Origin: Felis catus
Lineage: Eukaryota
DNA: 64,000 nt
Assembly (NCBI RefSeq): GCF_018350175.1
Contig: NC_058368.1
Span: forward strand, 98,892,001-98,956,000
Direction: 5' to 3'
The notes below the pieces were generated by a model. That model was not told the origin of the DNA. It ran no database searches and saw nothing but the letters and a program-made list of their open reading frames with translations. Numbering within the stretch: the first letter of the stretch is position 1; each line of letters begins with the position of its first letter. This document shows, piece after piece, positions 49,281 to 59,510 of the stretch. Both the position numbers and the translations under genes were made by a program.

Positions 49281-50699
49281 GTCAGGCTTGTGGTGCTCTA
49301 GAATGCAGCTCAGGGAATGCAAAGATAGTGCCAGCCCTCTGAGGTCTCTGGAAAGGATAACAGTGAGTCCTCAGATGCTTGTTTTCATTTGAAGCCTGCC
49401 CCTCAGGCTGTAACTATGGAGGTAGGCTAATGGGTTCCTTTTAAGAAACATGGAGCTCCCGGGTCTGTTGCTTCCAGCTGTCCCTGGAGGATGGGAGCTA
49501 TTTAAGAACTCTCTCCATTGATTGCAGTTGTGTGGGACCCATGAGGGTAATTCCCCCTGGCCACCAGAGTCATGTAGGGATGTCCACAAAAATTGGGCAC
49601 TAGCTGAGGGTCTAAGCTCTTTTCTGCAATACACAGGTGAGCTGGTGCAAGGCAGAGGGAGACCGGGAAGATGGCATCCACCGGCCTTTGTTTCCTGAGA
49701 GCTCATGTGTGGCCTGTAGATGTGTGTCAGATCAGAAGCCTGTCCCTCAAGGCCAAAGCTCCAGGACAGGCAAATAGGCCTCTGTCTCAGAAAGACTGGG
49801 GGTCTGCTCCAGTATGTTATCAACGCAGGACCCTGGAGTTGGTAGGCTACCAAGAGCGTTCGCGCTCATTGCTGTGGTCTCGCGAGACCCGGAACACACG
49901 CTGCCCTGCCCTCCTGAGCCGCGCGGTCACCGCGCAGCAGTAGCGGAACGCCGGCCAACGGACATGTGTGAAAGCAGTCCTCTGGGAGATGCACACGCTT
50001 TGGTATGTGGTAGAGGAAACGTGTATTTCTTTTTCTGTGAAAAAGAAAGAAAGAAAAAAACCCTAGCATTAAATGAGGGGGACAAAAATGGCGCCTGTTA
50101 GCTGAAGTGAGGCCGAGAGAGGAAGAGCTGGAGATGGTGGCCGCCAGCCAGCAGCCTCTGCGTGTGTCCTAGATTACATGCCTGACCCTCAGGCTGCGAC
50201 TTGAAGATCTGTAAATGGCGCCCGTAGGGCCACAAAGTTGGGAGCTTCTGGATTGGCTGCTTCTGCGCTTGAACCCTGGGGCAGGTGAGTGCTTGTCAGA
50301 GCCTTTGAAGAGCCATTCCTCAGCTTTTTAGTCTTGTGGGTCTTGTGGACCGTTTGATTTGCAAAGCTGGACCTTTGGTGTGGGGGAGGGGGCGCGGGGA
50401 GGGTTTCTTCCCATGTGGGTGCCCGCGGTGGGGTTCAGACTCCTCACTTGGGGAGAAGCTCAGCTCCCTCCCAGCTGGACCACCTTGCAGGGGTTGGGGT
50501 TTAAGGGCGAGTTTGTGCCCCAGCCCCTCTTCCCGCCTTCGATGTGGACGTTCTGTCTTTAGCCTGGTTGGGTAAGAGTTGGTCTGCTCTTAGGTTTTGT
50601 CCCAGGAGGTGGTTCGACATGTGGCTTCAGATTCAGTATGTCAGCGGAAAGAGGTGAGCCAGGGATCCTCCTCTGTCACCATCTTGAACTGGAACTCCC
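49281..50699 (-). mobile_element. Old L1 5' UTR/promoter region with ~345-bp internal tandem repeat
   Basis: Minus strand begins GGAGTTCCAGTTCAAGATGGTGACAGAGGAGGATCCCTGGCTCACCTC (typical L1 5' YY1 start) and contains GAGCTTCTCCCC, ACTCACCTGCCCCAGG and GGCGCCATTTTTG; repeat units start at 49391 and 49735 (GAAGCCTGYCCCTCA). Confidence 0.75.
49823..50290 (+). promoter_or_regulatory. Candidate CpG-rich promoter and first exon (BANP/ZBTB33 palindrome, YY1-like sites, splice donor)
   Basis: About 17 CpG in 49823-49960; TCTCGCGAGA at 49878-49887; CCGGAA adjacent; AAAATGGCG at ~50085 and AAATGGCG at ~50213; CAG|GTGAGT at 50282-50290. Confidence 0.5.
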
Positions 50700-51281
50700 A
50701 ACAACCTAAGATAAATTATTTTTAATAATTAAAAGACGAGGTCATTAGGTTTATTCCCCAACGATGACCCGAAACCACTTCCCATTTTGTTCTGCACACT
50801 TAAATTGATTTATTGTCGGCAATCTCTCCTGGTAGTACTTAAAGTATCCTGTAACATAATGAAAATTAGTTTGCCATGCATGATTTGAACCCGTGAAAAT
50901 TAAGACGTTGTGCGTGAAAATAATCCAGCTGGGAATCAAATTGCCAGTTCCTGTGAGATGTTAGGCATTGAAATATGGATGCATGGGCTCATTCACATTC
51001 TTTTAACGTCTATGCTGATTGCTTCAAGCTGTGAATTACTTTCAATCATAAATAGGAAAATCAACTCCCCCCCCCCCCCCGCCAAACATCTAGAAGTAAA
51101 ATCCATCAAAAATAAGTGATAAAAATCATAGTTCTTTACTTGATGAATATACTGGTTGTTGAGCAGTCCTGTCTCTGCGATAGTCTATCGTGAGACCCTA
51201 AAGAATTTTGCAAAGAATTTTGACCTTATCAAGCCAGCGCTTGGGTAAGATAACACCACTGGTAATTGATAAAGTGAATTA

Positions 51282-51488
51282 GGGCACCTGGGTAGCTCCG
51301 TTGGTTAAGCGACCATCTCATGATTTCGGCTTAGGTCATAATGTTGCGGGTAGGGAGTTTGAGCCCAGCATTGGATGGATCTGCACTGGCAGTGTGGACC
51401 ATGCTTGGGATTCTCTCTCTCTCTCTGTGCCTCTCTCATGCACTCTTTCTCTCTCAGAATGAATAAATAAACTAAAAAAAAAAAAAAA
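51282..51488 (+). mobile_element. Can-SINE (older subtype)
   Basis: Head, TGCTTGGGATTCTCTC, AATAAA, A tail. Confidence 0.92.
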
Positions 51489-51849
51489 TGAGGCTGTGAA
51501 GTGGGTAGGGGTGAGAATTACATTTATTTTCTTCAACTTGAATTACATTTACTTTCTAAGTTATGTCACTTTTTAAAATCACGTTCTCTTCTTTTGTTCT
51601 CTTCAAATTTTAGATGTACCCTTTGCTATTTTCACAGTTCACTATTACTTTCACAAAACCTATTAAACAATCTTGAGTTCCCGTTGAGAATTACTATTTA
51701 CAGATTTCTCGAATTGAGCATGCCGATGTAGATAATCTCCACTTCCTGACATTTGCTTTTGGAGTGTGGGTTTGTTACATTTACATGCAGCTCCAACTGT
51801 TCTTGCTGGCCCCAGTTCACATAATTACCAGGTGTATCTGTATGGGTTA

Positions 51850-52260
51850 GATGATTCTCTTTATTTACTGAGTGCCTAGTCTGCAACACGAATTGTTCCA
51901 GGCACCAGAAAGAAATGGGTTCAGAAAAAAAGGCATGGGTCCTATTTTGACGCAGTTTAAAATCTAGAAGATTGGAGAGGGAAATACATTAAACATGTGA
52001 TTTCACTAGGTAACAAAAAAGAAAATGCAACAGTGTGCTAGGTTCTGTAAAGAAAGGTACATTTTATGCTGAAGCTATATATATCCAGTGATTGTAACTC
52101 AGTGGGAAAAGTAAACTTTGAGCCGAGATCTCAAGAGTGACTACCAGATAAATGAGGCAAAATCATGAGCAAAGCAGTACAAAGGAGAAAGAAAATAGAA
52201 TTTCAGAAGTCCTGAAAACAAGGCTAATTAGATTGGAGCAAATAAAGACGATAGCACAGA
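51850..52260 (-). mobile_element. L2 3' fragment
   Basis: TATTTACTGAGTGCCTAG..TTGTTCCAGGCACC..GGCATGGGTCCT..TTTAAAATCTAG..CTTTGAGCCGAGATCT. Confidence 0.6.
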
Positions 52261-52514
52261 GAAAATATGTACCCAATATACCTGATTGAATCCAAGCCAT
52301 AAGAAAAATGGGGAGTGGAGTGGGGGCGGGTTCCAAAAGATAATCAAAGAGTGCAGAATTATAAAGAAAAACATTAAGAATGGCCTTGGGGGCATTTTTT
52401 ATTTATATAAGGTATAGTTCTCAATGAAGATGCAAAAATGCATTCAGTAGCTATCTTTAAATTCATAAAGGCTTGAGCAACTATAGGTAGACTAACATTT
52501 AAACATGTTGAGAC

Positions 52515-52952
52515 CAATTTCTGTAAAAATAGATTTGCCTCTATGTGTCAGAGAACCCAAACTAACAAATAAGAGGCTGTTCAGACATGACAGAGCACCT
52601 CCTTAAAGTCATCAGGGATCCAGTCTTCCAATTTTCTGCTCTGATGTCCTTGGAATATGACTTTTGTCCTTATGGTGCACAACAATTGCTAGAGCTCCAG
52701 ACATCACATACACATTGCAGGCAGTACAGTGGGGAGAGAGCTTACCACTTCATTTGTAAGGAAATTTACTGAAAAATTTTCACAGGGTATTTTAGTATAT
52801 CTGTCATTGTTCAACTGGCCCCAAGAGCATAAGAACGAAGGAATGTAGTCCTTTGGCTGGGTTCTTTTGTCACTTTGAGTAAACTTGGTATTCTGACACT
52901 GAAAATTTTGGGGAATGAATTATGGTACCCATAGCTATCTAATTCTGCCACA
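52515..52952 (-). mobile_element. Old MaLR LTR (MLT1J/K-like)
   Basis: GTCATCAGGGATCCAG..TGCTAGAGCTCCAGACATCACATACACATTGCAGGCAG..GAATGTAGTCCTTTGGCTGG..TCTGCCACA. Confidence 0.6.
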
Positions 52953-54210
52953 GGACTTCAAAAATGTAGCACCAATTCATCATTCCCTGGGTTGAGTATT
53001 AGAGATTTTAAACACTAAACGATATGCAGGCTTGAGGGAATACAATTTTCAGCTCATATTTTCAGGAGGGAAATAACAAGTGGAGTTACATCATGTGAAC
53101 ATTTAATCTTCTTTGGCTTTTACTACGCTCACATCTATTCCTTTTTATGGACATATACACAGGATTGACAATCATATGGAAAATCTCTATATGTTTCCTG
53201 TTGTATCTCAACACACTTTGATTCTCGTCCAGAAAGAACAGTGCACTTTATAGATTGTAGAGGGAATTTTCACAGGACATTTTGAGTCTATCATACCTCA
53301 TTATTATGATATTCTAATGTACTGATAAATGGAATTTATCAGTAACTCACTAGTGCATACTTTAGTAGGGGGTTTTATAAATTGTTTTGGGGAAAAAAGT
53401 AGTGTTAGAATTGCCTACCATCTTTCAGATGAACAGGTCCTTAAGTTTGCGGGCATATTTTATGCTGTTTTTATGTAAGCGTCCTTTAGTATTTTTTGGT
53501 TTGGGCATAAAGAGGGGGTTGTTCATTGGGTATAGTGACAAGATCCAGGTATTCCAGAGGCTTAGATAGAGGAAATCAGTATACCCATAAAATTAAAAGT
53601 AAATGCTTGTAAGTATGTGTAGTATGGGTTCCTATAGAAAATGCAGGTCCCCACAGTCGTATGCACTTACCTAACACAGAGACTTTCTTTGGTCCCGTGC
53701 CAGTTATAAATGCATACAATAATGTTAAACATGTTTGAAATTATTTGAGATTTAGAGATAAAAAATAGCACGCAAATTGGAATTCAGTGTGATTGATCAA
53801 AAAGAGGGTAGTCTGTACTTTTCAGGACTTACCAGTCTTTTTAATCATAAAATAAAGTTAATTCATGAATGACTAATTTAACCGACCACTATGATCAAAT
53901 GAGCTGTTCTACAGCCTAGGAACATATGCTCTGCAAGCTTCTTTCAATTTCTCTGGGGAAGTGTCTGAATCTTCCAGAAGTGTTTATGCTTTATTATCCA
54001 ATGTGCAGACTGAACCCACAATTTGCTAACCTGATATGTGTTTTGAATAATTTCTGTTTCTATATTGCATGCTAACATAGAATAAATTTTTCAATGAAAC
54101 ATGAAAATGAGACCAAACCTGAATAGCACTTTGTACATTAATGACAATTCCTTTGGAAAATTACCAAGAAGGAAATATGCAATATTTTACCATAATCCAA
54201 AGAACTACTC

Positions 54211-54416
54211 TTTTTTTAAATGTGTATTTATTTTGAGAGAGAGAGAGCAAGCATGAGTGGGAGAGAGGGGCAGAGAGAGCAGGAGAGAGAATCTTAAGCA
54301 GGTACTGTGCTCAGCTTGGAGCCTGATATGGGGTTTAATCCCATGCCTATTAGATCAGGACCTAAGACTGAAATCAAGAGTCAGATGCTTAACTGGCTGG
54401 GCTACCCAGGTGCCCC
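54211..54416 (-). mobile_element. Can-SINE (older subtype)
   Basis: Antisense SINE; degenerate TSD CCAWAGAAMTACTC. Confidence 0.92.
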
Positions 54417-55019
54417 CCCCATAGAAATACTCATTTTAATTTAGAGTACTTAGAAATTGAGAGAAAGGAGCTTGGGATAAAAAGAGGAAGGTATACAGCA
54501 TGTTATATTACTTAAAATTCAAGTTTTCACTTTATTTTAAAAATATATGTTTAATTTGTATTTATTATAAATTAATATAACTTACTCAATTAGATAAACT
54601 ACAAAATTTATCCCATTTACCACCATTTGTCTATCCTATCCCTTCTCCAAAGGGAACCTGTGGCACAGATACAAATACCAATAGAATAATATAGTATTGG
54701 TGTGTATATGGATATGAACACGTGTGTTCTCCATTAATGGCATCATAATTTATCTAGTGTTTTGCCACCTGCATTTGTTCTACTGATGAATACATTTTAG
54801 AGATCTTTCCCCACTGTTACTTGTATCTCCTAGGAATTCCCTATATATAGTATTTACTCATTTCTCTTGTGTTTGGATGTTCAGATTATTTAGTTTTTTG
54901 CTGTTATAATCAACACTGCATGCAACACAAGCATAGGTGATTTCCTGTGCACATCTGCACGCTCTAAGGTGAAAATTGAGATCAGTTTTTCTTTACGAAT
55001 ATACATGGCCAATGCTGTA

Positions 55020-55108
55020 AAATTTTTTTTAAGTTTTCAGTTTTGAGAGACAGAGTGTGAGGGGGGAGGGGCAGAGAGAGAGAAGGGGAGACACAGAATC
55101 CAAAGCAG
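55020..55108 (-). mobile_element. 5'-truncated Can-SINE
   Basis: Only the 3' ~90 bp present; identical TSD ACATGGCCAATGCT at 55003-55016 and 55109-55122. Confidence 0.92.
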
Positions 55109-55942
55109 ACATGGCCAATGCTATATAGCATGTAGCATTGCCACAGATTTTGAAATTTTATTATTAAACTTCTTTGGCATTAGTGGTAGTGGTGTGTCAG
55201 AAGTCTCTTTTTATATCAGGAAATTCTGTTTAATTAACAGGAAATGAAACTGAGGAGAGAGGAACCATAGATTTTTGGGGGTAATAGATTTCACTGGAGA
55301 AGTGTCATTTGGCGCAGTAATTACTGTTTTCCAAAAGTACAGATGTAGGCATTAGTTTCGGAAACATGAGGATAGAAGATAGGTATATTTCAAAAGGCAA
55401 ATCATGCTCCTTAATTATGCTTACAAAACATTGGAAACAACTATATTTGTTAAGTCGTACTTGTTGTTTGGTTTCAGTTAATGTTGAGGCTTCTTTTTAA
55501 AGATGCCATTAGAATTCTCTTTTCTGAAATAATGCTTTTGAGATAAAAAAAGAAAAAAACAAAAAAACTATTGTTCAGTTACAGTATAAAATGTGAGGTG
55601 TGTTATCCCCTGTGACAATTTATGATCGCTGTGTTTTAGTCACAAAATTGCCTCCCTTACAAATCAACATTTTCAACAGGAGAATGTACATAGTAATTAA
55701 TGAAGAGCAAACAGACATTCACTTAGGTAGCCTAGCCCTCCTTTTAAATGAAAATGTGTATCTATTTGAATTTCAAATGCTATAAGATCTTATTTGTACA
55801 TGTAAAATATTAATGTTCTCCCGATAATGACTACATCCATAGGCTTTAACATTTTATTATAATGAACAATTAGCAGGTGGTTGAGAAATTAAAACCATCT
55901 AATTTTCTCAGGCAGAAACCCACCCTAACTGCTTCTCCTGCA

Positions 55943-56012
55943 AAAATAAAATAAAATAAAATAAAATAAAATAAAATAAAATAAAATAAAATAAAATAAA
56001 ATAAATAAAAAT
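55943..56012. repeat. (AAAAT)n pentanucleotide repeat
   Basis: About 13 units. Confidence 0.96.
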
Positions 56013-57462
56013 AACAGAAAATAAAAGCTCTTAACTGCTCTTTCAAAGCAGAAGTCCATTTGAGAAGAGGCCAAAAAGCGTGCTGAAGTAGAAATGTCCT
56101 TTGCCAGTGGATTTTCCTTTGCATATCTGTTTTTTCCAGCATTTGGACACCCAGATACTTTCCTGAGTAAAATAATGGAATTTTACTGAGAAATTTGGAT
56201 ACCTGGAGCAAAGCAGGAGGCAAAAGAGAGAAGGGGGAAAATAGGTTGCTTTCAACCAAGAGTTTAAGAAACAGCCTCCTTTTCTGTAAGGAAGCTCTTT
56301 TAGATTTAAATCTTTCAGAGCAAAAAACATCTGTCAACATCACCTGCTGGGAATACTGCCATCTCTTCTAGGGACAAAATATCTCAGCCTTAGAGAAGTT
56401 TCAGCTTCCTTAAGAGTATCCCTCCCTGTCATCCAAAACTTTCAGACCATCAATATTTTTTCATGCAACCCCATTATCCTTGAATTTGAGATTTGTCCAA
56501 TTTAATGTCTTCCTATTGACTATTCTCCTTTACTCCTTCAGCAAATATCGAGTGACTCTTATGTTCCAAATTCTCACTGCTTAAGCATAGAATTTAACTT
56601 GGAGCTTCCTGGAAGTCAGGAACAAACTATAAATAAGTGGAAAATATAGAGCTGTGTAATTTGTTAGAAAGAATAAGACAAAGTGTCAAGAAGTTCAATA
56701 AAAGCCAAGAGCTCAACAATGAAGTCCTGTGCATTTCAGTGAAAGAAGTTTTGTGTGCTTGTAAGCTAATGCACTCTGTTTGTTGTTTCTTACTTTTCCA
56801 AGACCAAAATTTGGAGTAAGTGGAAGACTGCATGTGAAAGCCTGTCTCCTGTATAAGCCAAGTTTGTGTTGCTTGAGAGTTTCCAAATCCTCTAGATTTC
56901 TGTGTTTTCACCCTACATAACCTCACTCTTGCCCCGTACATGCTGGGGGATAAACCAGCTCCTTCCCGGAGTCTGTGTGGAGTGTCTGTTTCTCCCTGTT
57001 TCCACTGATCGTGGTTCTGCAACTTGCGCATCAGAACAGATGTCCTCCTTCATGCAGTTTCTCCCCAGGTGAACACCACCCCTATTGTCTTCTTGCCAAA
57101 GCACAAACAACACAAGACTTTTCTGTGCCTAGCATGTTTTAATAAAACTAAGGAGAAAGTGGAGGATTACATCCTGCTCAAATGGCAGCCCTCACTTTAG
57201 TTTGTACACCAAAAATGCCACGTTTCGTATTGCATGATAGGTGATTTCTCTTTGGTCACTTCCTACTCTTCCTTTCCCTATCAAATTTATAGCCATCTGT
57301 CTCCTTAGCGCGTTCTGTATTAAGGTCATTGCTCTCCCTTTCTAGCTGCCTTCAACCCCAAATTACTGCCCTTTTCTTACATAGAGCAGTATGCTATTAA
57401 GACCTCATTTTGCAAAGCCAGGAAGACTATTTGAGATATTTCCTGCAATAAAGACCCACCTC

Positions 57463-57641
57463 AGGAGCACCTGGGTGGCTCAGTTGGTTGAGTGTTCAAC
57501 TCTTGATTTTGACTCAGATCGTGATCGCGGTTCATGAGTTTAAGCCCTGTGTCAGGCTCTGTACTAACAGTGCAGAGTCTGCTTGGGATTCTATCTCTCT
57601 TCTTCTCTGTCCCCTCCCCTCTCAAAATAGATATATAAACT
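57463..57641 (+). mobile_element. Can-SINE (older subtype)
   Basis: Identical TSD TAAAGACCCACCTC at 57449-57462 and 57642-57655. Confidence 0.95.
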
Positions 57642-58194
57642 TAAAGACCCACCTCTACCAAGCTTCCCACTAGAATTTAGAAATAAGAGAGTACTTGTTT
57701 ACCCAATGAAATTCTTAGGCACTTGATAGGATGCTAGTAAAAATATTTTATCTTCCATTTGATCTAACTCCTTATAAGTTGTAGGACTGGAAATAGTGAT
57801 TTTGTTGTTGATGTTTTGTTGTCTTTGCCTATTTTGATTTCTTCCAGTTATATCGGAACTCTCCTGAATAGATTTTTATGAATGAATGTAAATTAATTCC
57901 TCTTGTAATAAGATGATTAGCCCAATCATTAATATTATTATTAGTATTTTTAAATTCCTGTATTTTACTCTTAATGTATTTGGAGATCTGTGTTCTCTTC
58001 TGTTCATAATTTTGGCTTAAATTATGAAGGTACTCGGTATGACAGAAACACAATAGTCAAATGTTAATATAATTTGGTGGGGTAGAAATCACTTGAGAAG
58101 ACACAGGCTGTTTGATTACTTTAGGAATATGTTAATTATATGAGAAACACATCTCTTGGAATTCCAAGAATTATGGTGCCATTACTACAAAACT

Positions 58195-59510
58195 AATGAA
58201 TGGATTCAATAAAAATTGAATCCGTGTCTTCTGGGCCAAGGCACCATCTAAGAACAAGGATATAGTTATGCACAGAAACAGCAGTGGTTGCATTATAATG
58301 AGAGTAGGCAGATGATAAGTAAATACAAATCTTTTATATTTAATAACAAATATGGCAAATGTCTGTTGTTAGTTAGAAATATGGAAAATGATAGAGCAGT
58401 ACATGGGGAATGGGAGATGACGCAAGTTGGGAAAATCAGTGTTGTAAAAATGTTATATTATATACAGCAGTGAGGCAAGACTCCTTTGAATTGGTGACAT
58501 TTGAGCAGAGACCCAGAGGAGCATTGGGAGTCAGCAGTATGTGATTGTGGGGAGCACATTTCAGGATAAGGAAGAACAAGAGTGAAGGGTCTGAGTCAGA
58601 AATGTGCTTAAAGGAGGAAAAGTAAGTTAGCTTAGAGCCGAGTGACTAAGCACAGAGAGATGGAGATGAGGTAAAGATGTAGCATGGTGGTGTCAGACTT
58701 TGTAGAATCTTACAGGGATTTTAGGACTGTGGATTTTACTCTGAGTAAAATGAACAGTTATGATAGGGAGTATATTTGAGAAGTGGCAAGATCTAAGGAG
58801 CGAGGTGATTTATCTTTTAAAAGGAACACTTTCCTCTGCAAATGGGACTTAGGGTAGAGTTTGAAGCCAAGAGACAGTTGGGTCACCTATTGGAATAATC
58901 CTGAAGCAAACAGGTGATGTCTTACACCCAGGTAGATTGCAGTGAAAGTGGTCAAAGGTACTCAGTGTTGGGATATATTTTGAAAGTTTAGCTAATGATA
59001 CTTGTTTGTAGATGGATAAATTATGGGTTGTAGGAGAAATAGAGTGTCAAGAGTAACTTCAGGTATTTTGTTTTTTGGAGTTCTGAGTAAATAGAATAGT
59101 GAGGTTGCTGTTCATTCAGATGGGTAAGTCTGAAGTAGGTGGAACAGCAGATTTAAGAGGTAGAATCAGGATTTGGTTTAGGATATGTTAAGCCTGAGAT
59201 GAATAATAGATATCCAAGTGGACATGTCAAGAGAGGAAGCTAGAGTTCCAAGTCGGATAAGCGATGGGGATATACATTTGTGAATCATCAGGATGTAGGT
59301 GTTGAGTAAATCCATGGGCCTGGATGAGATCATCTAAGGAGGGAGAATAAATACAGAAGTTGAAAGATAGAGCCCTTGGGCACTCCAGTATTTAGAGTCG
59401 AGATGAAGAGGTAACAGCAAAGGAATATTTGTAGAAGATGGACTAGTAAAATGGAAGGAAACTAAGGGAAATTAAAAGTGACAAAGAAATACATTCTAAG
59501 AGGTCAAATC
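58195..59510 (-). mobile_element. L2 (L2a-like) 3' region
   Basis: GGTGACATTTGAGCAGAGACC, GGATTTTACTCTGAGTAAAATG, GGATATATTTTGAAAG, TAGATATCCAAGTGGACATGTCAAG, CTGGATGAGATCATCTAAGGA. Confidence 0.88.

Noticed and set aside
49371..49853. 160-aa ORF in the GC-richer region
   Set aside because: Lies in the L1 5' region, has no recognisable domain, and its length is explained by higher GC
55870..56343. 157-aa ORF and a minus-strand TTTTGCAG acceptor
   Set aside because: The FYFIL repeats and the pyrimidine tract come from the (AAAAT)n repeat; no supported exon partner
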